Origin: a bacterium
Lineage (GTDB): Bacteria > Electryoneota > Electryoneia > Electryoneales > Electryoneaceae
Assembly: GCA_963669175.1 (NCBI GenBank)
Contig: OY769902.1
Coordinates: 4,736,001 to 4,800,000 of the forward strand
Direction: 5' to 3'
DNA: 64,000 nt
A program made the position numbers and the translations under genes. Under the pieces are notes generated by a model, which saw only the letters and a program-made list of their open reading frames with translations, was not told where the DNA came from and made no database searches. Positions 29,201 through 40,408 of the stretch are shown here, piece by piece (the first letter of the stretch is position 1; every line of letters starts with the position of its first letter).

Positions 29201-32200
29201 CTACTTGAGTAGTACTACGCGTTTACGTTCAACCTCCTTCCCCGCGCGGATTTCAAGGAAATACATACCAGAAGCGAGTTCGCTCGCTGTATACGTGATA
29301 TGATGATATCCGGCGGCCAGGATGGAGAAATCCCATATGAAAACTAGCTGACCGAGGATATTGTACAGCTTTAAGGTCAATTCGCTTTTCTCAGGTAGAG
29401 CTATGTGAATGTTTTGTGTGGAGTTGAACGGATTGGGATAAGGAGCATCTACCATGAACTTGTTTGGTAATCCAATGGGTCTCTCTCGAATCCAGAGAGG
29501 GTATTCATAGGACCTTCCATACGGTCCACCCCAGATACCGATATCATTGCGGGTGCTATCAACATCATATAATTCGATCGAAGGAGGACCTGCATCAATT
29601 AATGGTGAGGTGTTATAAAGGTAAAACAGGCTGTCTGCAAATTCGGGGGCAATCAGGAGATTGGTTTCATCAAGAACCAAGTCAGAATCAATGGAGTCAT
29701 TCTCAAAAAACACGTTGTATTGGATGGTAAGCAGGCCATCGTCCGGATCATCGAGTATAGATGATCCGCAGTTTATAAAAACGTTTCCTTCAATTCGGCT
29801 GGCACTTGGACCACCACTATAATTCTCTACGACATGTATAGCGTTGTTTAATCCATAGAAAACATTGTTACGTATAGTATCCGCTGGTGATCTTGTCCAG
29901 ATGCCTCCACCAGATAAACTGTCAGAACCAATAAACAAATTATTACAAATTTTAGCAGTAGCATTGTTGGCATCAGAAATGCTATAGTACCCGTAGGACC
30001 TGTTGAATATGTTGTTTCGAATTTGAACTGAACTTTCCAAGTCAGCACTAATCCATTTAGTATCTTCAAAAACACAATTCGTAATAATGGCTGTTGAACC
30101 AGCGATACGAATCGGTGACAATTCTGAGGGTGAACTTCTATCAATGAAACAACAGGAATCTATTTCAAGCTGCGATGACTGGCTTATACTAACCGCAGTA
30201 TAGCCTCTGACAGAATCGCTACTAAAAAATCTTGATGTACGAACCAAAATAGTGCTTCCATTCCAACCGACTATTCCAACTCCCAAATCAGATAGATTTG
30301 CATTGCTTATCACTACGAAGCTGGATGAGTCAGCATGAATTGCCCAGTCGGCAAAATGAATGTTAGTATATGAAAATCGTGTCGTGTCACTTGGTCCTAA
30401 TAGTTGAATTCCCTGCCACCCTTCAAATACAGCTTCTTCGTTTGCCATAGTAAAATTGATTGAATCCTGAACGGTTCCTTCTGCGATCACAGTACCATAG
30501 ATTGTAATACTACTTCGCTGTTCTTCGTCTTCCACATACCTGAACTGCAATTCGCACCCCGGTTCAATGATAAGGCTATCACCTTCGGGGACGATAATGT
30601 CTTCCACTACGTAGAACGGGCTGTCTTCCACATGCAGAATTCCGCTGATTTCACCCTGCAGGATTGTTCTAACGTCTACGGTTACCATGACAATTGACGA
30701 GTCCGTCTGTCCTTCACCATCCTCAACAACAACCGTGAAGCTGAAGTCCTCCGCATCTTCGGGGACAGTTCCCGATACGGCCGTCGTGTCGCTGACCCAG
30801 TCCAGCTCGTCTTCTTCACTGAGCCATTCAGGCAAGTCCGGGAAGGTGAAGTCAAACGGGCCGTTATCATCTGTCGCCGTGATCTCGATGCGGAGCGCAT
30901 GGCCTGTCCGCGCGAAAACATTTTCCGGGATGGTCTGGACAGGCGGATTGTCGATGGACTGGTCATAGTAGCGCCCCCCGATATCCGCTCGGGTCCCGTC
31001 CGGGTCATTCGGGCTGGCCGGATCACCGGCGTCAATGCACGGGCTGTTCGCCTGCAAGGTATAATCGAAGGGAACACCTGCTCCGAGGAAAGGATTGGTG
31101 ATCATGGACGTGCTGTCAAGTTCCACATTGTCCACTGCTTCAGAGAAGTTATACAGGCAGTTATAGGCTGCTTGAACAGACTGCGCTCCTACTGCGGCGT
31201 CAATACCGATACAATCAACTCCGTCACCCTGGAGCACATTATTCCGTATCGATACCTCTTCCGTATTGGCGATGTAAATGCCACGCGATTGCCCAAGCAG
31301 AGTATTGTTCCGGATGTCCACAGCTTCTGATACGGACATGCTGATCGCGGTCGCGGTAGAATCAATCACATTGTTGTAGATCTCAACACCCGCACACGTA
31401 TTCAGATGAATCGTGCCCATGAAGTAGTTTGCCGCATGCCCGAACAGCTCATTGTGACGAATCACACCACTGGACGCCATCATGTATATGGTCTTCAACA
31501 GACTGTTTTCGATGAGCAGGCTGGACTGATCAGCCGTGATATCGGTTTCATGGCTGACACAACCGCTTGCCAGATCATGAACGTGATAGTCACCGCTGTT
31601 CAGATAATAGATATCAACTGCGCAATCGTAAATCTCTGTGGTGCAATTCAGAAGACGCAACTGATAACCGGTCACACGATAAATGGAATCGATTTGGGGC
31701 GCTGAAAAACCGAGGGTAACATTGGGCGCATAGTTATCATGGAATTCATAAGGACCGCCATCAGACATGTGTGTACTGCTGGCGGTTGGCGTGCCGCCTT
31801 CATTCTTCAGCAGGGTGCAATGGGTGATTTCACCACTGTCAAAATCCATGCAAACCTGGTTTCGCAGGGCAACAATGCGACTATGCCGGACGATGGTTGT
31901 GCCGTTTTGCGATTCGATACCTATATAGGCTGAGTCGATGACAACATACTCGCAATGGATCAGGGTGCCTTCAGTCTCAGCAGTAGAAATGATCCGGTCG
32001 AAGGCATACGGCTGTGACTGGATGCGAATGGAATCCCCTTCTTCCCCCAGCGCCAACAAGGTTCCATTCACATACCAGGGCGTACGTGTCGAATCCGTCT
32101 GATCCTGAAACTCGACTGTCACCCCTGGCTCAATCAGGAGGGTGTCTCCTTCGGGGACAATCAGGGTGTCTGTGACGAGGTAAGGGGAGCCGTCCACATC

Positions 32201-32302
32201 CCACACGCCGGACACTTCGCCGGAGACAAACGTCTCCGCTGACGTCGTAGTGAAAAAAGCAAGTAAAGTGAAAAAGGTGAAAAAAGAAACAGAAAAACGC
32301 AT
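29201..32302 (-). CDS. Right-handed parallel beta-helix repeat protein with T9SS-type C-terminal domain (paralog 2)
   Basis: Collinear with 6434-9676; likely start MRFSVSFF at 32302 giving a signal peptide before AETFVSGEVSG; the ORF extension to 32689 runs through repeat DNA. Confidence 0.88.
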   Translation of the reverse strand: MRFSVSFFTFFTLLAFFTTTSAETFVSGEVSGVWDVDGSPYLVTDTLIVPEGDTLLIEPGVTVEFQDQTDSTRTPWYVNGTLLALGEEGDSIRIQSQPYAFDRIISTAETEGTLIHCEYVVIDSAYIGIESQNGTTIVRHSRIVALRNQVCMDFDSGEITHCTLLKNEGGTPTASSTHMSDGGPYEFHDNYAPNVTLGFSAPQIDSIYRVTGYQLRLLNCTTEIYDCAVDIYYLNSGDYHVHDLASGCVSHETDITADQSSLLIENSLLKTIYMMASSGVIRHNELFGHAANYFMGTIHLNTCAGVEIYNNVIDSTATAISMSVSEAVDIRNNTLLGQSRGIYIANTEEVSIRNNVLQGDGVDCIGIDAAVGAQSVQAAYNCLYNFSEAVDNVELDSTSMITNPFLGAGVPFDYTLQANSPCIDAGDPASPNDPDGTRADIGGRYYDQSIDNPPVQTIPENVFARTGHALRIEITATDDNGPFDFTFPDLPEWLSEEDELDWVSDTTAVSGTVPEDAEDFSFTVVVEDGEGQTDSSIVMVTVDVRTILQGEISGILHVEDSPFYVVEDIIVPEGDSLIIEPGCELQFRYVEDEEQRSSITIYGTVIAEGTVQDSINFTMANEEAVFEGWQGIQLLGPSDTTRFSYTNIHFADWAIHADSSSFVVISNANLSDLGVGIVGWNGSTILVRTSRFFSSDSVRGYTAVSISQSSQLEIDSCCFIDRSSPSELSPIRIAGSTAIITNCVFEDTKWISADLESSVQIRNNIFNRSYGYYSISDANNATAKICNNLFIGSDSLSGGGIWTRSPADTIRNNVFYGLNNAIHVVENYSGGPSASRIEGNVFINCGSSILDDPDDGLLTIQYNVFFENDSIDSDLVLDETNLLIAPEFADSLFYLYNTSPLIDAGPPSIELYDVDSTRNDIGIWGGPYGRSYEYPLWIRERPIGLPNKFMVDAPYPNPFNSTQNIHIALPEKSELTLKLYNILGQLVFIWDFSILAAGYHHITYTASELASGMYFLEIRAGKEVERKRVVLLK

Positions 32303-32417
32303 GGCCCGACTTTCCAGATGTGAAACCAGAAACTCTTGTGATGACGGCGACGATGGCTGAGCTTGCCCCTGCGCTGCACTTGATGAGCAAGTCGGGAGCG
32401 GGGAGATGAGTTGCCGT

Positions 32418-32501
32418 GAAAAGGGGACTGTTTCCTTTTCGTTGCGCGGACGTGATGTATTCCGTGATGAATGAAATCGAAAAGGTGACTGTCCCCTTTT
32501 C
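32418..32501. repeat. Inverted pair of GAAAAGG-core-CCTTTTC sites
   Basis: gaaaaggggactgtttccttttc (32418) and gaaaaggtgactgtccccttttc (32479). Confidence 0.75.
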
Positions 32502-32699
32502 ACTATATTCACACGCCCCATCTTCAAACGTCCAAGTGCTTCCGCGAGTATGGATGCGGTCAACAACAGCAGGTTCAAGATCAGGCAGGCTGTGCAAGGG
32601 AAGAACGTCACTCTGATCAGGGGTAATGTTCCGGAATGCGCGTGTTCAGTCGGGAAACTGCGAGCATTCGATGGTATTATTTGTTTCATAATGACTCCT

Positions 32700-32743
32700 G
32701 GAAAAGTAGGGACAGACCCCGCGTGGTCTGTCCCTACTTTTCC
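32700..32743. repeat. Perfect 19-bp-arm palindrome containing GGGACAGAC
   Basis: ggaaaagtagggacagacc-ccgcgt-ggtctgtccctacttttcc. Confidence 0.85.
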
Positions 32744-32848
32744 CAGTTGTGAGGTATTATAACATAGTCAGATACCTCTGCAAACACAATCCTATTACAT
32801 CTTTCGAAAAAAAGTGATTTAGACAAAGGAAGGATAGAAAGAAACTTC

Positions 32849-33181
32849 GGCTGCTCACAGGAATTTGTGTGAATTATCTACGAGTACGTTTCGTCAGGTC
32901 TTGACGTGATGCCGTTTTCGCGTTCTTCTCCGCAATTTCAGACACCTGTCCGACTTCACACATGCTATTTCGCTTGATGGATCGTCATCAGGCATCACGT
33001 TGTGACCTGACGACAGCGAGAATGCTGAATCAGGTGGCAGGTCACAACGCGACAATAACAGGGCGCGAGGTGGTTTCAGAATCATCGTGCATCCAGGAAA
33101 ACACAGCAAAAGTCGAATACGAAATGTCGCGTCAAGACCTGCCACAACATTGCCCGGATGTACAAATTCTTGTGAGGAACC
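32849..33181. mobile_element. MITE family 1, copy 3
   Basis: TIRs ggctgctcacaggaatttgt / acaaattcttgtgaggaacc; 8-bp target duplication gaaacttc. Confidence 0.93.
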
Positions 33182-33427
33182 GAAACTTCAAACTGCGTTA
33201 CCCACCGGCCATGCAAGTGTGGTAGCATGCCCGCCCACAACAATATCATCCCCGGCAAGGCATGACAGGGCTACCCTTTTTCACTTTTTTCACTTCCCTA
33301 TGCCATCACCGGTTTATCCCAAGTGAACACGCCCTACTGCGAGCACCATTAAAAATCCGGAACTTATTGGTTCCGGATCTCTGGATGTTTTATCAGGTTT
33401 TACCACACGATGCGAAACACGGCCCAA

Positions 33428-36400
33428 CTACCTGATCAGCACCTGTTCCTCCTCTTTCGCCTCCCAATTCAGGATAAAGTCGCGGAAGACGGGATAATTT
33501 TCCGCCGGCACATCCATATTCGGAAACAGGTAGTATCGTCGTCCAACGAATGATTTGCTTGATTCCTTTTCGAAGGAGAAATCAGCTACGATGGATTCCA
33601 AATGGAGTCTTTCCGTGCGAGGGAGCGAGCTGATGGTGTACCCATCCGGCACGGTAAACCGGATGCTTTGCTCAACCGGAGATTGCAGGAAATAATATTT
33701 TATTGACATTTCATTTTCCCTTGAAGAAAGCGAAAAGGAAGATGCCAATGAGGTTGACAGGTTGGTCAACCAGGGCAGGCGAACGCCACTGATCTTGTTA
33801 TCATGACGAATCAGCATATCATTGACGTGTCCGGAAAAATGGACAACAGGGGCGTTCAGAAGATCGTCCATGTTTTCGGTGGAAAGTGTATCCAGCACAA
33901 ATCCCGGAATCTTGTCATTCCAGTAATCTGTGAAGTCGGTCGCTTGTTGCATGGGGGACTTTGCACGGAACAGCTCCCGGAACAAAGCAGCGTAGTGACC
34001 ATGCGCTTCAATCATGCCTTCAAGCTGAAATGCCTTGTCCTTCACCTGGATTGAAAGTTCCATTTTGGTTCCCTTTGGATCGGAACAAGATGAAACCTTT
34101 TGAATTGTCTCGCGTTCTTTACCCGCCGTAAAGTCAATTGGCAGGATATTGCTTCCCGGCAGTGATCCGGGCAATTCGCCGAAGGTGTATTCTTCGGCGG
34201 TTGGATCAACGATCAGTGTATCTTCTCCCAGAGGAACCACCGTAATCACATGGGTGAATCGTGGAGAAGGCTGGAAGAAATGATTTCCGGCATAACCGGG
34301 ACGATTCAGTGCGATATAGGCGGGAATGCCCTTTTCGCGCAGCATGGTAATCATCAGCACACATTTATCTTTGCAGTCGCCAAAGCCATCTTCCAGAACA
34401 GATTCAGCAGTCTGAGGAACAAAACGGCTATACTGGAAGTCAAGATCCTCATACTGAATTTCCTTTGCGACAAAATCATAAACCTTGGCCACAATCATCT
34501 CATCGGACTCGGTACCGTCAAGCAACTCATCAAGTTTCTCGCGAATTTTTACGGTTGCGTTACACTGTCCGGTATAGAGATCACGATACCAGTCGTCGAT
34601 GATTCCCCAATCATCCATCGTACTGACATCAATCGTACAGAACTGATCACGGTACGCGCCTGAGAATGGTTCATCCGCTAACGGCTCAAGGTTGCCTGTG
34701 GTGTATATAATTGTTTCAAACAATCCATCCACCGATTTCGTCTTCTTCTCAAGAATGACTCGATCCGCATGCAATTCATTACAGAAGATCTTTTTGTCTT
34801 TAGGATAGATTAACTGAAAACGCTCTGAGAATACAGGAATGAACTCTTCCACCATAAACTCGGTCCAGAATTCCGAGCTGAGTCGTCCAGGCTGATATTC
34901 ATCAACAGTGTATTGCACTTCGATATAATCCCCGACCTCGAGACTTGGGAAAGATATCTTGGCCCCGAACTGCACCCCCTCAACCTGGGAACCGTCCGGC
35001 TTGATAAGATGTGAACGAAGTAGCTCAACATCACTGAAGTAGGGATGATAACTCAACGATACCGTTGAATAGTTTTCCTTGCCTTTTTCGGTCAACACCT
35101 GAAAGATTTCGTGGTAGTACTTGCGTTGTGCGCCGTCATGGAAGTAGATACCCACCATATCCTTCAACACCTGAACCGCCTCGGTGTCCCATTCATGATC
35201 TTGAGCTTCATATTCTTCGATTACGTCGGAGGATTCCTTGCGTTCATAGAGTTCATCGTAGGGTGTTTTCTCTTCAAGTTGTCTCAGTTTATTTCGTGCG
35301 TAAATGCTGGTAGGCGATATTTCGAGCAATTGGGATAGCGTGGCATGCAATTCATCCCTTTTGGTAGTGAGCATAGCTTCAAGTTCGGCAGCGCCGTTCG
35401 GATCTGCTTTTAGTAGCTGAGGATTTTGATCCATAAAAGACCGGATATTGTACAATTGCTGTTCTAATACTGCCGCTTTCAAATTCCAGAGATCGGTGGC
35501 AAAAGGAAAGCTGCACAGGGTTTCATCCATACAGGCAAGTATGCTGTCCATGCTCGCGCCATCGAGCAGCCTGGCCCGATAGTAGATTTCATATTGGCTT
35601 GCCAGGTCGGGATAGTAGTGCAATAAATCGGCCGCAATCTGGGATGCCCTGGCATAATCTCTTTGTTGAAATGCACGTTCAAGGAAGTATTCCGTGGCGT
35701 CCAGCGGATTGCCGGCTTCTGCTTTCTTTTGTTGAAGCGCAGGCACTTCACTCTCAAGACTGAAATTTTCAGCGCGAATAATCAGCAGATCATACAAATC
35801 CGCGACATCAGGGTACAGTCTTTCCATTTGATCGAAAATTACGTAGGCATCTTCCATATTATCACGTTGCGCAAGCAATACACTTTTTTGCAGCAAGCCT
35901 GCCAGCCATTCGTTGTTTATCGCCAGCATGACGTTATTGATCGCTTCGACACGACGGTAATTCTTCCGTTCCATCATGTCCTTTGCGAAATAGGCCACTG
36001 CGGGTGCGAAATCCTCCGCTACACGGAAAGCTTTCTGGATCGCAGCCCTTGCTTCATCCTTCTTGCCCATATCTACAAGAAGATCATAGCGCTTCTCGCA
36101 CAGAATGGCGCTCTCTTCCGTTACCCCAGGCGCTTCTTTGAGAAGAATGTCGGCGCGGTCTATCACATGAATCGCTTCTTCTTCATATGACTTTATGCCC
36201 ATCATAAACGCCAGCCAATAATAGTATTCCAGCTTGTCAGGATTGTCATCCACCAGTTGCGCCAGACGTTCCATAAGGGGATCATCCAGCTCAAATTCTG
36301 TCCGTTCTTCACCACTGAACAAAGTGTCATAGACAACCGATGTAACCTCCGATGTAAGCTCATAATCCAGGGTTTCGGAAATTGGCTGTGCATAGATCGT

Positions 36401-37408
36401 GAATACGGCCAGCCCGTTAGCAGCGCTGCAATTCTTTGTCAGGAGATTATGCTTGCCTGCTGTGAGGTCTTTACGGACCCAATAGATATCAGCCCCTGAA
36501 CGAACTGTATGCTTATCAAGTACCTCATCCCCGTCAATCCAGAATTTCAAAGACCCGTAGCAATGCACCACAAAGAGCCACGGTTGTGTTTCGGGTACAT
36601 CCAATTCACGGTAAGCATAGCCAGCCATCAGGGAAGAAATGTCGAACAACCGGTAGAAGTTCACTTCTCCCACCAACCCATGGATCTGGGGGGTGAACCA
36701 TTCCACCTCCATGTTGTTCAAACCGGTATAGGTTTGAGAAAGATCCGGTGTCGCTGCAAACTCATGTTCATTAATGAAATCTTTACCGAAGCCGGACATG
36801 GCAATATTGGAGAAAGGACCGACAATAGACCAACCACGCAATGTTTGAAGCGAATCGCCGATCTCCTTAACTTTCTCGTACTCCATTACGGTTTTGTGAT
36901 GGTACCCTTCCAGGTTCAACAGGTATTCACGTTGGTTCCAGAGAGGAAGGTCTGTTCTTTTCAAAAACGCCTTTTCACTGGTGGCAAGCCGATCGATAGC
37001 TGACTTTGAATCAATCAACTCGGTAGTCATGTAATCCCTTACAGGCACGGCCAGGGGTGACAAGGGATCGGCTTCTATGGAACGCAGGAACGCATCGAAC
37101 GCTTCCAGGTAATATCCATGTGCACTCAGTGACAACCCAAATCCACGAAGTGACGAGGCATCATTGGGATTTTCATTGATTGCCATTTCAAAAGCTTCCC
37201 TCGCCCCGACAAAATCATTCATCCATAAAGCCTGCCAGCCTTTCGCGTTAAACTCGGCCACCAGGTCGGAATCAAATTCGACTCCTTTTTCAATCAACTT
37301 CGGGCTAATTGTTCCGGTTTGAGATGCACATGACAGAAACAGAATAGATGCAGCCAAAAGCAGGAAAAGTGGGGTACATACTGCTGGGACAACCTTGCCA
37401 ATCTTCAT
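33428..37408 (-). CDS. TPR-repeat, DUF3857 and transglutaminase-like domain lipoprotein
   Basis: Lipobox FLSC; helical TPR-like region; LEVGDYIEVQY (DUF3857-like); triad GDCKDK, FTHVI, VDPT. Confidence 0.87.
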   Translation of the reverse strand: MKIGKVVPAVCTPLFLLLAASILFLSCASQTGTISPKLIEKGVEFDSDLVAEFNAKGWQALWMNDFVGAREAFEMAINENPNDASSLRGFGLSLSAHGYYLEAFDAFLRSIEADPLSPLAVPVRDYMTTELIDSKSAIDRLATSEKAFLKRTDLPLWNQREYLLNLEGYHHKTVMEYEKVKEIGDSLQTLRGWSIVGPFSNIAMSGFGKDFINEHEFAATPDLSQTYTGLNNMEVEWFTPQIHGLVGEVNFYRLFDISSLMAGYAYRELDVPETQPWLFVVHCYGSLKFWIDGDEVLDKHTVRSGADIYWVRKDLTAGKHNLLTKNCSAANGLAVFTIYAQPISETLDYELTSEVTSVVYDTLFSGEERTEFELDDPLMERLAQLVDDNPDKLEYYYWLAFMMGIKSYEEEAIHVIDRADILLKEAPGVTEESAILCEKRYDLLVDMGKKDEARAAIQKAFRVAEDFAPAVAYFAKDMMERKNYRRVEAINNVMLAINNEWLAGLLQKSVLLAQRDNMEDAYVIFDQMERLYPDVADLYDLLIIRAENFSLESEVPALQQKKAEAGNPLDATEYFLERAFQQRDYARASQIAADLLHYYPDLASQYEIYYRARLLDGASMDSILACMDETLCSFPFATDLWNLKAAVLEQQLYNIRSFMDQNPQLLKADPNGAAELEAMLTTKRDELHATLSQLLEISPTSIYARNKLRQLEEKTPYDELYERKESSDVIEEYEAQDHEWDTEAVQVLKDMVGIYFHDGAQRKYYHEIFQVLTEKGKENYSTVSLSYHPYFSDVELLRSHLIKPDGSQVEGVQFGAKISFPSLEVGDYIEVQYTVDEYQPGRLSSEFWTEFMVEEFIPVFSERFQLIYPKDKKIFCNELHADRVILEKKTKSVDGLFETIIYTTGNLEPLADEPFSGAYRDQFCTIDVSTMDDWGIIDDWYRDLYTGQCNATVKIREKLDELLDGTESDEMIVAKVYDFVAKEIQYEDLDFQYSRFVPQTAESVLEDGFGDCKDKCVLMITMLREKGIPAYIALNRPGYAGNHFFQPSPRFTHVITVVPLGEDTLIVDPTAEEYTFGELPGSLPGSNILPIDFTAGKERETIQKVSSCSDPKGTKMELSIQVKDKAFQLEGMIEAHGHYAALFRELFRAKSPMQQATDFTDYWNDKIPGFVLDTLSTENMDDLLNAPVVHFSGHVNDMLIRHDNKISGVRLPWLTNLSTSLASSFSLSSRENEMSIKYYFLQSPVEQSIRFTVPDGYTISSLPRTERLHLESIVADFSFEKESSKSFVGRRYYLFPNMDVPAENYPVFRDFILNWEAKEEEQVLIR

Positions 37409-37675
37409 TTCACACTCCTTTTAACAGGATTTTCCGCAGATGCTTCAGCCTTGTTGTGAAAAGATGTTGAACCGTGCAGTGTATTCGGTGGATAGATATG
37501 AAACAATAATAAGAATTATCATTCTTTCGCAAGTTGTTGACCACCAGCCTTCGCAGTGTGAACGCAAGTGGTGGTCGTTGATGTTATAGCGATTCCCATT
37601 ATTATTCCGTCATGTGGTCATGTGCCAGATCAGTGAAAGGTCAACCATATGGTTGGAATAAAGGATAAGGATATG

Positions 37676-37864
37676 GAAAAAGGGGACAGTTTCCTTTCCC
37701 TGGGGCAAAGCCTTCCCGCTGTGAGCAAGGACGGGGAAAGGTGGCTGTACCCTTTTGCTTGAGAGCAGGCAGGACGTACACGGAAAAGGGTACAGTTTCC
37801 TTTTCCACAAGTTCGGCGAGAGTGTTTCATATGCGCGCGAGGAAAAGGATCCCGTCCCCGTTTC
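37676..37864. repeat. Array of four alternating GAAAAGG-core-CCTTTTC sites
   Basis: Sites at 37676, 37736, 37783, 37842. Confidence 0.8.
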
Positions 37865-38184
37865 CCGGCAATCTTTATTATGTCGGAATAAAATCGAGAA
37901 CAGCAATATCACCGAACGGGGATCTCGCAGTATGATGTGCGCAATCATTTGTCCCCGACGGCTTGAAGCACGCTGAAGCGAAGCGGAAGCGGCTGCCCGG
38001 CGGGGGGTATTCTATCTGGAGAATCATTCCTTCAGCAGTGATACAATGATCCTCCCGTCAATAAATATAACACCGCAACGAAGATAAATATGCAGTAAAA
38101 CTACCCCCAATATTGCCAAGCCAATAATTCACTCTGTAGTTTTGGGTACTATCCGGTTTTTTTAACCGCATTCGAGGGGCTGTC

Positions 38185-39906
38185 ATGTACCGTATCCTGG
38201 CTTCGATCTTCCTGTCCTTCTGTTTATTCACCTACGCATTCAGTCAGGACCAGTTTGTGCCGCATATCTTCAGCGATGAGATTGATATTCCCTGGTCACT
38301 GCTCACCGTGGACATGGATGATGATGGCGATATGGATGTTGTTGCCGCTGGGTATAACGGCGATCTCATTCTGTATGAATTGGACGAGAATCTAAACTTC
38401 GCCTCGCATATAATCTCCGATCACGCTACCGGTGATATCACTGTGTACGCCGTTGATCTGGACGGTGATTTTGACCTGGATATTGTTGGCTCAACCTATT
38501 GCACCGGCAACCTGGTCTGGTGGGAAAATCTCGGCTCTTTCTTCTTTGCGGAACACCTCATCACGGAAGAATATTCACAATTCCTCCAGATCGCTGTTGC
38601 GGATTTCGATCATGACGGTGACATCGATCTGGGCTTACCCTTGCATGAGCAGCTTGGCACTCGCGGGCTGGTGATCGGATGGAACGACGGGGACACCAAT
38701 TTCACCTTTGAGAACATCGCCCCCGGAACCATGCTGAACGGGATTGAAGCGGCGGACCTTGATAATGATAGCGACATGGATCTTGTCGCCAGTGGGGATA
38801 TCATACGCTGGTACGAGAACTGCCTGCCGGACACGTTTATCATGCATGAAATCGGTCCCGGCCCGTCGAACGCCCTGGATATCGCCGTTGCAGATCTGGA
38901 TAACGATGATGACATGGATATCGTTACCGCCGGCTATGAGCATACCTGTCGGGTCTTGTGCTTTCTGAACAACAGCATGGAAGAGTTCTCTTCTTTTATT
39001 CTGGGCGATTTTCAGGGCATCACTCATATCGCGCTGGATGATATCAACGGCGACAACTATACCGACATCGCGCTTTCCATGGAGGGGAGAAGTCTGTGGT
39101 ATGTCCAGAACAACGGCCGTGGGGGCTATTACCCGTTCGAAATCGATGTGGAACAGGGTTCAACCGCACTGGATGTGGCGGATATTGATCAGGATGGCGA
39201 CCTGGACCTGGTGCAGGGACGTTATGAAGCGATGACCTGGTGGGAAAACCAGATCCCGCCTGCCGCACCACCGGGCGCATTCCATGCGATCGCCCCTGCC
39301 GCCAATGCTGCTCTGGCCTTTGAGGATGCTTTCCCTATCGAGTTCCGTTGGTATGCATCTGATCCCGTAAATCCCTGGGATGTCGTCTACTACCGTTTTG
39401 AACTGTCCGTGGTCAAGGATGGCACGGAATACACAACTTCAGAATCGGAACTTAATCGGTATGACTGGTCCGTGAACTTGTCAGAGCTTATCGGAAATGG
39501 CGCTTTTGCGGACCCGTTGAACGCTACGTGGACCGTGACCGCCTACACGAACGGGGGCGAAATCAATTGCATCGAAGGACCGATCCACTTCCGGATTCTC
39601 CCCCCGGTCAGCGTTTCCGATCAAACACAGCAAACGCCAACCAGCTTTGAGCTGTTGCCGGTAGCGCCGAATCCGTTCAATGCGACCGCCAATATTCGAA
39701 TCGCCCTGCCGCAATCCGCGCTGGTCGAACTCGTGGTGATGGATGTGCTGGGCCGCCATGTCTGTACGCTGGCGTCCGGTTCCCTGCAATGCGGCGAACA
39801 CAGCTTCCTGCTAGACGGCTCAAACCTGGCCTCCGGGACTTACCTGGTTCACGCCCGCACTTCACTCGGAGAACAACAGGTCCAGAGGATGATTCTGCTG
39901 AAATAG
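38185..39906 (+). CDS. FG-GAP/VCBS repeat (beta-propeller) protein with T9SS-type C-terminal domain
   Basis: Seven DxDxDGDxD repeats, signal peptide, RBS gagggg, APNPFNA...LASGTY tail. Confidence 0.92.
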   Translation: MYRILASIFLSFCLFTYAFSQDQFVPHIFSDEIDIPWSLLTVDMDDDGDMDVVAAGYNGDLILYELDENLNFASHIISDHATGDITVYAVDLDGDFDLDIVGSTYCTGNLVWWENLGSFFFAEHLITEEYSQFLQIAVADFDHDGDIDLGLPLHEQLGTRGLVIGWNDGDTNFTFENIAPGTMLNGIEAADLDNDSDMDLVASGDIIRWYENCLPDTFIMHEIGPGPSNALDIAVADLDNDDDMDIVTAGYEHTCRVLCFLNNSMEEFSSFILGDFQGITHIALDDINGDNYTDIALSMEGRSLWYVQNNGRGGYYPFEIDVEQGSTALDVADIDQDGDLDLVQGRYEAMTWWENQIPPAAPPGAFHAIAPAANAALAFEDAFPIEFRWYASDPVNPWDVVYYRFELSVVKDGTEYTTSESELNRYDWSVNLSELIGNGAFADPLNATWTVTAYTNGGEINCIEGPIHFRILPPVSVSDQTQQTPTSFELLPVAPNPFNATANIRIALPQSALVELVVMDVLGRHVCTLASGSLQCGEHSFLLDGSNLASGTYLVHARTSLGEQQVQRMILLK

Positions 39907-39954
39907 CGGTCTTGAAGGTTGTCAAGAAATATCACCTCTGCTGGCGGAAGTGTT

Positions 39955-40398
39955 CGTCGGGTGGACCTATTCGCACGTAAGAGTGCTGACGCTATGGTCA
40001 CTGGATAGATACTCTGATGTAGCAATAATTCATGACGCAACACGGAGTGAATAGGGACGGAAATTGTATCTATTACGATGTTCTTCGCCTTCTGTCATCC
40101 CCGCATCATCAAAATGTCATCACCGGCTCTATCGCGCTCCCCTATGTCATCCCCGGCTCTTTCGCCCCCCCTATGTCATCCCCGGCTCTTTCGCCCCCCC
40201 TATGTCATCCCCGGCTCCGAACGGGGATCTCGAGGTTCGATGTGATAATCATTGAAAGATCATTAAAGCGTCCTTGATACAGCCTGATCACTTATCCAGA
40301 TGCTCTCCTGAGTGCTGGTTGAAATGAAAGAAACAGTTGAGTATTCTTGCTGAAATTACAGGTGAAGCTCTGTCACTTGGGCATCGTGCCACCCGTCC
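39955..40398. mobile_element. Non-autonomous element family 2, copy 2, with a nested tgtcatccccggc tandem repeat (about 40090-40250)
   Basis: Both halves align with 27769-28019 (cctattcgcacg..gagtgaatagggacgg; gatgctctc..cacttgggcatcg.gccacccgtcc). Confidence 0.7.
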
Positions 40399-40408
40399 AG
40401 ACTATCAC

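Noticed and set aside
6434-32302. Diversity-generating retroelement TR/VR pair between the beta-helix paralogs
   Set aside because: Differences are not adenine-specific and no reverse transcriptase is present
32303-32689. N-terminal 129 aa of the 1162-aa ORF
   Set aside because: Reads through repeat sites (KRGQSPF, ETVPF) and lies before the probable signal peptide; likely non-coding
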